Below, piece by piece: positions 1 to 12,614 of a stretch of DNA of 64,000 bases. The notes below the pieces were generated by a model. It had not been told where the DNA came from. It made no database searches and saw only the letters and a program-made list of their open reading frames with translations. Position 1 is the first letter of the stretch. Each line of letters begins with the position of its first letter. Both the position numbers and the translations under genes were made by a program. The DNA comes from the human T2T-CHM13v2.0 reference genome, Homo sapiens: the NCBI RefSeq assembly GCF_009914755.1, contig NC_060948.1. One strand, given 5' to 3'.

Positions 1-260
1 TTGGGAGGCTGAGGTGGGAGAATTGCTTGAGGCCAGGAGTTCAAGAGCAGCCTGGGAAATGCGGCAAGACCTGATCTCTGCAAAGACAATTAAAAATTAG
101 CTGGGCCTGATGACTGTCCCTGTAGTCCCAGCTACTCAGGAGGCTGAGGTAGGAGGATCAGTTGATCCTAGGAGTTGGAGGCTGCAATGAGCTATGATTG
201 CACCTCTGTACTTCAGCCTGGGCAAGAGAGCAAGACCCTGCCTTAAAAAAAAAAAAAAGA
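1..260 (+). mobile_element. Alu (AluJ-like), 5' end cut by window edge
   Basis: Alu left and right arm motifs (gggaggctgaggtgggag...tgtagtcccagctactcaggaggctgagg), then an A tail at ~245-260. Confidence 0.9.
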
Positions 261-369
261 GAGAGAGAGAAAAAGAAATATCAATAGATATTTGTGTACA
301 ATATGGGTACAAATTTGACGAGGAATGTAATATTTACATGGATACCAAAGTACCTCTGTACAAAGTTCT

Positions 370-1267
<898 letters not shown>

Positions 1268-1278
1268 ATATCCTCCCA

Positions 1279-1571
1279 CTTTTTTTTTTTTTTTTTTTTT
1301 TCCCCCCGAGTGGGAGTCTCGCTCTGTCGCCCAGTGTGGAGGGCAGTGGCACATCTCGGCTCACTGCAAGCTCTGCCTCCCGTGTTCACGCCATTCTCCT
1401 GCCTCAGCCTCCAGAGTAGCTGGGACTACAGGCGCCCGTCACCACGCCCGGCTAATTTTTTTTGTATTCTTGGTACAGACGGGGTTTCACCGTGTTAGTC
1501 AGGATGGTCTCGATCTCCTGACCTCGTGATCCACCCGCCTCATCCTCCCAAAGCGCTGGGATTACAGGCGC
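1279..1571 (-). mobile_element. AluY, tandem with the previous copy
   Basis: Poly-T plus antisense Alu body ending gggattacaggcg. Confidence 0.92.
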
Positions 1572-2288
1572 AATTATTCTTAAGATTAAGAGTATTTCAA
1601 AAATTTTAAAAATATATTATACATGGATTAAATCAATGAGAATTTAAAAAGATGTCAGAAAAATAAGTTTTGAATAACCAGAAATATTCTGTTAATACAT
1701 TGTTGAAAATACATATTCAGAGTCACTACAAATAACTTAGGAAACAAGTAAACCTTTATGTCTGCAGTAAAAAAAAAATACTTGCTATTCAAAGAAATTG
1801 AATTTGTTTAGGAGTGTGAATGAAGAAATATTACATTAGAGGAAAAAGTACTCTTGTTTTTTCACATTATTTTTAAAAAGGCAAGGATAAATAGCTATAT
1901 TGAAGGGACAATTATCTTCTTTAAAAATATTTTTTTCAGAGTGAGACTGTTTAATCTGATTGAGATTTTTAAAAATTGACCTGCATGTATATGGTACACA
2001 TATTATTCAAGTCCAAATAGCTTTACATCAATGATAGTGATCAAACAAATTGGTTTGATCGTAACATCTTGAGGCACATTAATTTTGAATGCCTAGTCAG
2101 GTAGAGTTCAAACAGCCTAGATAGGTATCTGTAGCAACCCCTGGAGGAATTTTTAACTGGGCAATAAAAGTATGTTAGAGTGATTGTGCTGTGTACATCT
2201 TCAATAAATTGTTGTGATATAATTTGCCAAGTCTCCCACACTGTGGAATTAGTACAATCCTTCTATGCAGAGGGCATCAATCTAGCTC

Positions 2289-2500
2289 AGTGGTTCCCAC
2301 CCAGGGGTGACGTTGTCCCCCAGGGCACATTAGGCAACGTCTGGAGGCATTTTTAGTTGTCACCAGGGAGGGTGATGTTCCTGGCATCGAGTGCATGGAG
2401 GCCAGGGATGCTGCAAAATATTCACAAGGCCCAAGACAATCCCACCACAGAGGATGATCCAGCTCCAAATGTCAGTAGCGCTGTGACTGAGGGCCACTGA
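2289..2500 (+). mobile_element. MER20 (hAT) DNA transposon
   Basis: cagtggttccc...cccccagggcacattaggcaacgtctggaggcattttt...gaggccagggatgctgc...ccaaatgtcagtagcgctg matches the recalled MER20 consensus. Confidence 0.8.
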
Positions 2501-3740
2501 CCTCGGTTCTTGTGCAAACCACCCACTTTGGGGTAAGTTTAGCATGGGCAGGTCCCAGGGAAGTTAAAAGCAAGAAAGCCAAGTGGGGGTAAACAGATTG
2601 TTCTTTCAGTGGATGGAGGGAACAGCCAATCTTGCTTGGGAAACACAAACACACTTGCTTTGGAAACAAAAGTTTACTAATTATATTTATGTCTCTCCAG
2701 GTTATAAGATGGAAGCTTCTCACAGTGGAAGTTTTATTTGTTAATTTTCTGAATAAAGCTAATAAAATTTGTAGGTATCAAGACCCACACTTGGATATAA
2801 ACTGGGTTTCCTTTTTAGACTCCACAAATTGATGCGGAGATGCTGTGAGTGGAAGGTGATCTTAACTTTTTTTTTTTTTTTTTTTTTGAGTCAACTGCAT
2901 AAGCAATAAAGATTGTTAACAAAATAAAACTTTGTATTTTTCCCCATATCCCTACAATCTGTCTCTAGATGGAATATTTCTTTTTCTCCTGGCCTTTGCT
3001 GTACTGATTGTTTTACTCCATAAGCCTTGATTATGTCATAGGAGAATTTATGTAGCCGCAAGAAACAAGGAATCCAACCCAAATGGAAAACCCTCCTGGT
3101 CTTTGTCACTCAGAATTCAACATGCTGTTTTCTTTGTCCTTCAGGGACTACCAACACTTGTATCTTGATCATAGATTTCAGCTTACTATCCCTTACTTCC
3201 TGACTTTTACATTCAGCTTGCCATATATTGATAGATTGCAATTGCCAAATTTTCTTTTCTCCAGACATGCCATAGAATCTATTAAGTTGATTTTATTCTT
3301 GTCTGTAGGACAAATTCTTCTGTATTCATAATCCAGTTTAGCAGAAACTTATATTTATGTCTAACCAACATCTACGTCACAAACTTAGCTTCTGACTTTT
3401 CGTGATAGCTTCTGACAGTAAGGTGGGCCAGAGGAAAAAAAAATATGGAATACAGAAACCTAGAACAAAGGGAAATTGCAAATTCCCTTGAATCTGCTTC
3501 TGTTGCTTACTTCCATTAGTCTGTATCTGCCTATAGCTGTCATCCAATTTTTACCTTCAAGCTCTTTGTGTTTTCTTTTTATTCTTCTTTTTTAAGAATT
3601 CTGAACCCTCTGCCAGGAGCTATCCCCTTCCCTGCCAATCAGATGAGCTTATTCTGCTCCTTCAGGTATTTATTTGATTCCTGAACCATAGCTCCACATA
3701 ACCCTACAGACTTGTTCTAAAAAAAAAAAAAAAAAAAAAT

Positions 3741-4064
3741 TCTGGGCGCGGTGGCTCACACCTGTAAGCACATCACTTTAAGGGGCCGAGGTGGGTGGAT
3801 CATGCGGTCAAGAGATCCAGACAATCCTGGCCAACATGGTGAAACCCTGTTTCTACTAAATATACAAAAATTAGCTGGGCATGGTGGCACATGCCTATAG
3901 TCCTAGCTACGCAGGAGGCTGGGACAGGAGAATTGCCTGAACACGGGAGGCAGAGGTTGCAGTGAGTTGAAATCATGCCACTGCCCTCCAGCCTGGCAAC
4001 AGAGTGAGACTCCATCTCAAAAATAAATAAATAAATGAATAAATAAATAAATAAATAAATAAAT
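3741..4064 (+). mobile_element. AluS-like with (TAAA)n tail
   Basis: Full dimeric Alu with a (TAAA)n tail at ~4020-4064. Confidence 0.92.
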
Positions 4065-4567
4065 ACCATCAGGCACCTCTGAAGCAGTTTTTTCCTCTAT
4101 TAAGCGAACAATTGAATAATAGCAACCTTAGAAGCCAAGTAAATGTTGCCAAAACAAAGTGTTTGCTTTGCCAGAAAATATTAATGAAAGCATTTCAATA
4201 GCAGTCATAAAACAAATACCTGCAAAATGGGCAAAAAAACACATCAAATATGTTTTGCCATCCTTTCGAAGCACCCGGTTTTGCTTATGCTTAATTTTTT
4301 GACCTAACCACTAACCCAGTAGATATTGTGTGAAATTATATTTCCTAACTCTCCCTACCACCCACAGAAAATTCAGTAAAAAGACTTTGTTTGCCAAAAA
4401 TAGGATATTTGTAGTTAATATACACCCATATCGAATTATTTGAAGTTGCTTAGAATTCAATATGCACACTGGCAATCTGATAGAAAAGGATTGAAAAAAT
4501 GTATATATGCACTGGGCACATTACAATATAGCTCCAGCAAGTCTTGATTTGATGTAAGCCGCCTAGA

Positions 4568-4776
4568 GTATAAAATATATATATATATATATAATATTTA
4601 TATATTTATATGTATATGAATATATATTTATATGTATATGAATATATATTTACATATATTTATATGTATATGAATATATATATTTACATATATTTATATA
4701 TATTTATATGTGTATAATTATATATATTTATATGTGTATAATTATATATATTTATATGTGTATAAGTATATATATT

Positions 4777-4809
<33 letters not shown>

Positions 4810-5006
4810 TTATATGTATATATATTTATATATTTATATGCATATATTTATATATTTATATGTGTATATATTTATATATATTTATATGTGTATATATTTA
4901 TATATATTTATATGTGTATATATTTATATATATTTATATGTGTATATATTTATATATATTTATATGTATATAAATATACATACACACACACACACACACA
5001 CACACA
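4568..5006. repeat. AT-rich compound microsatellite ((TATATTTATATG)-like) ending in (CA)n
   Basis: Visible low-complexity tandem units; these explain the YIYI ORFs. Confidence 0.95.
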
Positions 5007-5446
5007 TATTCCCACTGAAATTCTTATCTGGAATGAGTGTTTTTTTGACCAGTTATAACAACTGCAATCTTGATGACTGCAGTCCCATAGGATTCATTCT
5101 TGTATTTGACAAGAAATCTTGTCAAAATCTATTCATAGATGAGTCAACTTGCTTAACTGACATGAAAAAGGACTACATTTTGTCCAAACTATGATTGAAT
5201 TTAACAATAATGCTTAGTCCCGTATCATCTATTTTAATATATATTATGCTATAAAATATATCTTCAGAAATATTTAAAATGTAACCCTATCTGGTCTTTT
5301 CTCCTGACATTTGTAACACCTAATACTTCTAATAATGTAAATGTTGACAATTCTACCCTACTAGAAATCTATTATAATCTATAATTGCATCCATGTTTAC
5401 TTAATTGGAAGTCTTTAAAATTATGTAAATACTCTAAAATTTCCTT

Positions 5447-5680
5447 CAGTTGTTCTTAACCAGGGACAATTTTACACACACACACCCCAGCTCCATACCC
5501 CAGAAGGGTATTTGACAATGTTTGGAGAAATTTTTGTTTGTCAGGATTGAGGGTGGGGGTGCAACTGGCATTTAGTTGGTAGGTGCCAGAGATTCTGCTA
5601 ACATCCTATGATGCAGAAGACAGCCCTCTCAGGACAAAGACAATCCAGTACACATTTCAGTAATGCTGAGGTTGAAAACA
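5447..5680 (+). mobile_element. MER20 DNA transposon
   Basis: cagttgttcttaaccagggacaatttt...tttgacaatgtttggaga...cagtaatgctgaggttgaaaa. Confidence 0.7.
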
Positions 5681-5742
5681 CACAATTTACTTTGAGTGTG
5701 TGTCTTCTGTGGATAAAACAAGTTTAATGCCTAAAAGAGATG

Positions 5743-6995
5743 GCTCTCCCTCTCCCTCTCCCTCCTCTCCGTCATCTCCTTCTCCCGCTTTCCACGGTCT
5801 CCCCCTCTCCCTCATCTCTGTCTCCCGCTTTCCACAGTCTCCTTCTGTTGCCAAGGCTGGACTGTACTGCCGCCATCTCGGCTCACTGCAACCTCCCTGC
5901 CTGATTCTCCTGCCTCAGCCTGCTGAGTGCCTGGGATTGCAGGCACGCGCCGCCACGCCTGACTGGTTTTTGTATTTTTTGGTGGAGACCGGGTTTCCCC
6001 GTGTTTGCCGGGCTGGTCTCCAGCTCCTGACCTGGAGTGATCTGCCCGCCTCGGCCTCCCGAGGTGCCGGGGTTGCAGACGGAGTCTCGCTCACTCAGTG
6101 CTCAATGTTGCCCAGGCTGGAGTGCAGTGGCATGATCTTGGCTCGCTACAACCCCCACCTCCCAGCCGCCTGCCTTGGCCTCCCGAAGTGCTGAGATTGC
6201 AGCCTCTGCCCGGCAGCCACCCCGTCTAGGAAGTGAGGAGCATCTCTGCCTGGCCACCCATCGTCTGGGATGTGAGGAGCCCCTCTGCCCGGCCGCCCAG
6301 TCTGGGAAGTGAGGAGCGCCTCTTCCCGGCCGCCACCCCGTCTAGGAAGTGAGGAGTGTCTCTGCCCCACCGCCACCCCGTCTGGGAGGTGAGGAGCATC
6401 TCCGCCCGGCCACCCCGTCTGAGAAGTGAGGAGCCCCTCTGCCCGGCGGCCACCCCATCTGGGAGGTGTACCCAACAGCCCATTGAAAACGGGCCATGAT
6501 GACGATGGCGGTTTTGTCGAATAGAAAAGGGGGAAATGTGGGGAAAAGAAAGAGAGATCAGATTGTTACTGTGTCTGTGTAAAAAGAAGTAGACATAGGG
6601 GACTTCATTTTGTTCTTCTGTACTAAGAAAAATTCTTCTGCCTTGGGATGCTGTTAATCTATGACCTTACCCCCAACCCCGTGCTCTCTGAAACAGGTGC
6701 TGTGTCCACTCAGGGTTAAATGGATTAAGGGCGGTGCAAGATGTGCTTTGTTAAACAGATGCTTGAAGGTGGCATGCTCGTTAAGAGTCATCACCACTCC
6801 CTAATCTCAAGTACCCAGGTGCACAAACACTGCGGAAGCCCGCAGGGTCCTCTGCCTAGGAAAACCAGAGACCTTTGTTCATATGTTTATCTGCTGACCT
6901 TCTCTCCACTATTGTCCTATGACCCTGCCAAATCCCCCTCTCTGAGAAACACCCAAGAATGATCAATAGATACTAAAAAATTTTTTAAAAAAAGT
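5743..6995 (+). mobile_element. SVA retrotransposon (SVA_A-like, short VNTR)
   Basis: CCCTCT hexamers at ~5744, antisense Alu-like domain ~5850-6200, GC-rich VNTR (gaagtgaggagcgcctct...cccgtctgg) ~6210-6470, SINE-R ~6480-6970, then an A-rich tail. Confidence 0.95.
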
Positions 6996-7699
6996 TTAAA
7001 ACATCAGAAAATACCTTGTGAAGTATATTCTTTAAAATTAAATGTTACTTATTCTGAAATATTCTACATAAATATGAATAAACTGAATGTGGAATAAGAA
7101 CAACCAGAAAACTAGTAAACTGAACACAGTAGAATTTATGAACGTGAAGGTATACTGTTTATATTCTGAATCAGAGTTTTCTAGAAAGTAATATTGTTTA
7201 TACATTTTTCCAGTATGTGGCTTCTGTTTTCCAAAACACACAGTCAAGAAGTTCTTACAAAGGCATCTCAGTTTAATGAGTTTTCAGGAAAGAAAATATT
7301 CAAGAGTTAAGCAAAACTTAATCAGAAACATTTGAGTTTTATTCAATTTCCTATAAAATGCCATATGGATTTCAAAATTAATAGTGGAATCTACATGACA
7401 AATGAGTAAGGGGTCAGTCTACTTTCTAGATATTAGGAGTACTTGTCATATGTTAAAAGAGGAACTGATGTTTCTCATGTCTAAAATTTTGATAGAATTA
7501 TTTTATCATAGAATCTAGTCTTGGTTGCTCATTGAGCTAGCATACAGCAAAGATTTCATAGGGTTTAAAATAAGAGTGTTAAAACTGGGGAACATTTTAA
7601 TCAAATCCTCATCAATAATAGGACAAATTGAAAATTATTCGCTTAGAATGTGACAGAATGCGAAGTCAAGAAGAGGGCCTCACCCCTGCACTAACTCTG

Positions 7700-8140
7700 G
7701 CAAATATTTGCAGTCCAGACATAATCAGGATGAAATAGCAGACAAACCCAAATGGAGGGACAGTCTGTGAAATAACTGGCTGCTACGCTTTAATTGTGCT
7801 ACAACCAGGAAAGTCAAAGAAAGATGAGGAATCAGACTGAAGGAGACTAAGAGACATGAAAACTCATGGCAGTGCATAATTCTAACTGGCTCCTTCTGCC
7901 TCAAGGCATTTAAAGGCAGTCTGACCATTAGAAGGTAGAAATACATCAGTGCCCATTTCTTGATTTTTAGGTCTTGACTGTTTCTGTGTATAATAATCCT
8001 CTTCTGGGGAAATGCATGCTAAAATATTCAGGATATGAGGTATCCGATTGGAAACTTACCCTCAGATGTCTTAGGAAAAAAGAAAGCTATTTACATTCCA
8101 TACTGAAATTTTTTGTAGGTTTTTGACTGCTTCGAAATAA
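7700..8140 (+). mobile_element. Old L1 (L1MC-like) 3' fragment
   Basis: cagacaaacccaaatggagggacagtct...cagactgaaggagactaagagacatga. Confidence 0.55.
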
Positions 8141-8369
8141 TATATGAGTAGCACGTCATCTCCAAATTATATATATATATAAAAATTATTGTTTCAAAGT
8201 TATGCATATATGTTTTTAAGGGGGTACCAAGTCAACCCCAATAAAACCGCATGACTCAAGAAAAAATGATGTTCAATTTATCCACACCATAGAGTTTAGA
8301 CACTAATATAAAATGTTTTCATTTAAAATTATTACCATAAAGATATCTTACCACTGAATAAGGGAGGTA

Positions 8370-9200
8370 CTTCGTAATAACTAATGATTGGAAACAACCC
8401 AAATGCCCATTAACAAAATATCGTGTAACTATATAATCATCACTTTTTAGCCACAAAGGAATGAACTACTGACAGATGCCATAAGATGGATGGACCTAAA
8501 ACCAGTATCCAGACTAATAGAAGCAATGCACAAAAAGGCCACATAGTGTATTATTACATTCATATGAAATATTTTGAATAGAGAAGTCAATAGAAACAAA
8601 GTAAATTAGTGGTTGCCCGGGGCTGCGAGAAGGCTAGGATCACTGGGGATGTTGGCTAAAAGAGATGGGATTTCTTTCTGACATGATAAAAATATTCTAC
8701 CATTGACCATGGTAATATTCACAATGTCTGTGAATACACCTGATGTGGTAAGTCTTTGTGTACTCACCAAAATCTCATCTTGAATTGTAATCCCTAGGTG
8801 TTGAGGGGAGAACATAGTGGGAGGTGATTGGATCATGGGGACAGTTTCCCCCATGCTGGTTGCATGATAGTAAGTTATCACTAGATCTGATGGTTTTATA
8901 AGATTTTGGCAAGTTTCTCCTTCACTCAGTCTTTTCTCTCCTGTTACCATGTGGAGAAGGTCCACACTTCTTTGCCTTCCACCATGATTGTAAATTTCCC
9001 GAGGCCTCCCTAGCCATGCAGAACTGTGAGTCAATTAAACCTCTTTCCTTTGTAAATTATAATTTTATACATTTCTTTATAAATTATGGTATTTCTTTAT
9101 AGCAGTGTGAAAACAAGACTAACACAATACCAAACCCACAGAACTGTGCACTTTAAATGAGTGAATTAAGTGGTATACATACTCTACCACAGTAAAACCA
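8370..9200 (+). mobile_element. Old L1M 3' end interrupted by an LTR
   Basis: ggaaacaacccaaatgccc...agtggttgccc, resuming after 9126 with gaactgtgcactttaaatgagtgaat. Confidence 0.65.
8741..9126 (+). mobile_element. THE1/MST MaLR solo LTR (THE1D-like)
   Basis: tgatgtgg...aaatctcatcttgaattgtaatccc...gaactgtgagtcaattaaacctctt...gactaacaca; near-TSD acacc/atacc. Confidence 0.85.
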
Positions 9201-10121
9201 CTGGAGAAAGGAGAGATGGGTATTCTTTTTCTTTTCTTCCCCCTTATTTCTTCAATTTTTGTCAACTACATAATGTACACTGTTAATCATTTGTACATTT
9301 TTTTGAGCGTATGTCTTGCCACTGAATGTTGCTGAACTTCCGTTCAAGTAGGAACAGACATAGTTACTGGCTATCAAATAACCCTTCCTATGTTATTATC
9401 CATGTTTTTAAAAGTTATGCATCCCAAGCTTCAATAATATGAGTGAATAAATGGAAAGGGAATTATATGTACATGGATTACATGACTCTAACATTTACAT
9501 TTGTATTTAGATATTTATTGAAGAGGGGAAATATAGTGTATTCTGTTAAATAACGTGTGCCTTTATATTGCGGTTTACAGCATTTACACATTCTCAGCAT
9601 ATGAATATTTGGAAATCTTGTAAATACTGCTTCGTTCTTGGTTTATGTGACATGTACAAAACATATTTTGTGATAGTCTGATTATTATTGGAGTCCCCCA
9701 CTAGCTTGCAGGCTCACTAAGGACAGGGTCTTTGTTGTTCAGTTTCATTAAAACAGCAAGTACTTTAAAATATTTAATGAATTATAAACATATTTCTATC
9801 TGTTTTAATCTCGTTTTTAAAAAATTCCATTGCAAGTTCTTTCCAGGCAGAGTATCTTTTGATTCTGACATTGTTCATTTACTCTTGTTTTGTCACCATC
9901 TCTGTGAATGAAATTGAACATGGATTTGATATAACTAGGAACTTGCTCTGTTTTTATAATTTAAATGAAAAATCCTTTCATTCAAATAAACACAGGCCTT
10001 CAATTAACAAATAGTTTTTGCTAACCCCTGCTGCTGCATTTTTCTCAGTAATTCTTAAGTGAGAATCATGGTAACTTCACCAATCCCTTTATGTTAAAAG
10101 CAAGGATGTTCTTACGACTGG

Positions 10122-10197
10122 TAAGAGGTTGCTGCAAAAGTAATTGAGGTCTGAAAGTAACGGCAAAAACCACAATTACCTTTGCACCAGTTTAATA
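10122..10197. mobile_element. MADE1 miniature mariner element
   Basis: ~80 bp with inverted termini ggttgctgcaaaagtaattg ... caattacctttgcaccagtttaata. Confidence 0.75.
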
Positions 10198-10473
10198 AAA
10201 AGCAATTTATGAAATGGCCATAACAATATACGCCAAAATTGTCATTTAAAGATGTAGTGTCATATATTGAAACATAACTTGGATATTTTCCAGATTCAGT
10301 TTCAAAAACAACAAAAATAAAATATAACTGTCCCATGAACCTATTTTCATCTTTTCCAACTCTTGCCCTCTACGGATTCAATTCCATGGTTTAAATATTG
10401 ACCTCTAAACTAGTCAGCCAGTTTATCAGATTCACCTTTACAACTTAGTCAATAACTAGCCTTCAAAATAAAT

Positions 10474-10572
10474 AGAAAGAAAAGAAAAGAAAAGAAAAGA
10501 AAAGAAAGAAAAGAAAAGAAAAGAAAAGAAAAGAAAAGAAAAGAAAAGAAAAGAAAAGAAAAGAAAGAAAAA
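10474..10572. repeat. (AAAAG)n pentanucleotide STR
   Basis: Long AAAAG array with a few AAAG interruptions. Confidence 0.95.
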
Positions 10573-11543
10573 CTTTCCAATGACGTTCTTAGAGCAACTG
10601 ACTAAGTCTTCTCATTCTGTCTGCACAGGTCTTTTCTCCAAGTTCAGCAGCATTTGTGTTGTAGAACAGGCACAACTGTTTTGAATTGTCACAACCACTC
10701 ACTTCCATCGAACTTGGCAGAGTGGAGCATATTCAAAGAGAAAAAAACATAGGTATCTGGTTCTGATTAGTGGTTGCAGTTTTAGAATACATCTGCTATC
10801 AGGTATGCACACACAAGGCATGGGTAAAAGCAGCTGGACACTAAGACACAATAATTATATCTAGGGCTAACTTCTGTACAGTGGAAATTCTGTATAACCA
10901 AGAGTTCTTCCAAAAATGTACCCAGGCACACACATCAATACACTGTACAAATTCTTCAGATTTAACCTGGATACAATAAAACTTGAAGATGACCGACAGA
11001 ATTGTGTATTCCTTTGTTATTTAAATATCTGAACATCTAATATTTCTTGGTCAGTTTCAGGTAAAAAGCTACATTAATAATGTGGTTTAAATATGACATA
11101 ATAATCTGAGAAAAAACTGTGGCATATTTTAATAAAACTTTCTATTGACAATGCTAATCCATGTAACACTGAAGTGTTCCTCTCCAAAAATTCAGGATCT
11201 TTTATTGCTGAAAGGTTAATCACTACAGGGGAACATCATGACACCCAGTGACCAAAGACTTTCAATGCTGCATAAATTCTTGTGTCTTCTGTTCTTTATC
11301 ACACTTATAAATTAATTTGTTGATAAGCTAAATCATTTATGTATTGAAATATGTATTACTGAAATAGGTAATGTGTTCATGAATGCTTTTATATTTTTAC
11401 ATGTGTGCGTGAAAACTATTTCTGAAATTTGAAAACTGCAGATGCTAATGTGGTTTGTGTGGATATGTGGCATCTGCCTCAACATAACCATATGAATGTA
11501 TTTCTTAAACACATATACTCATTTACAAAGAATCTCCTATTCT

Positions 11544-11796
11544 GGCCGGGCGCAATGGCTCATGCCTGTAATCCCAGCACTTTGGGAGGCCGAGGTGGGC
11601 GGATCACGAGGTCAGGAGATCCAGACCATCCTGGCTAACAGGGTGAAACCCTGTCTCTGCTAAAAATACAAAAATATTAGCCGGGCGTGGTGGCGGGTGC
11701 CTGTAGTCCCAGCTACCCGGGAGGCAGAGCTTGCAGTGAGCCGAGATCATGCCACTGCACTCCAGCCTGGGCGACAGAGCGAGATGCCGTCTCAGG

Positions 11797-11827
<31 letters not shown>
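11544..11827 (+). mobile_element. AluY with right-arm internal deletion and long TSD
   Basis: TSD acaaagaatctccta(t/g)tct at ~11525 and ~11833. The junction agctacccgggaggcagag lacks the usual ctgaggcaggagaatggcgtgaac segment. Confidence 0.93.
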
Positions 11828-11829
<2 letters not shown>

Positions 11830-12360
11830 GAAACAAAGAATCTCCTAGTCTATACTCATGATTACAACACATTCTGTGCTAGCCCACTTTTTTTCCTTTT
11901 GAAAAAGCCGTCAAAGGAAAATAAAATGAATCATTTAACTTGTTGAGCTAATAATGGACATGGACCTTATTTACGTCAACATGTTAGGCAGGACATTGCA
12001 TGATAAGAAGGAGGACTTTATGACAGGTAAGTTTATTTATACCTGTGCTGCTTCCCTTTCATTGGCCAATTTTACTTATTTCCCTCCGTGATTTAATTAC
12101 TACTATAAACCCGGGAAGCTATATAGTAGTAGTGGTGAAAGAGAAGTTCAGATTCCAACCTTGTCACATAATTAATTTGTAACTTTCAGCAAGTTCTTTA
12201 AGCTCCTGAAATTCAAGTATCTTTATGTGAAATGAGATTATTCTTTATTTGAAATATAAAAAAAATTCCTACCTACTCCCTTTGTTGTGAAGATTCTCTA
12301 CCCTCTGCATATGCATATACCTTTATATATCCATAAAGTGGCTAGCACAGGGCTTGCAGG

Positions 12361-12612
12361 TTTTTGTTTGTTTCTTTGTTTGTTTTGACACAAGCTCTCA
12401 CTCTGCCATCCAGGCTGGAGAGCAGTGGCATGGTCATAGCCCACTGCAGCTTCTACTTTCTGGGCCCAAGCGACATTCCCACCTTAGCCTGCCAAGAAGC
12501 TGGGACCAAAGGTAAGTGCATCCACCTGCAGCTTATAATACTTTTTTTGTAGTGAAGGGGTCTCACTAGGTTGTCCAGGCTGGTCTCAAACTCCTAGCTT
12601 CAAGCAGTCCTT
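12361..12612 (-). mobile_element. AluJ-like, truncated where the ERV sequence begins
   Basis: Diverged antisense Alu ending caagcagtcct. Confidence 0.8.
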
Positions 12613-12614
12613 CA

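Noticed and set aside
4708-5194. YIYI/ICVY ORFs
   Set aside because: Translations of an AT microsatellite.
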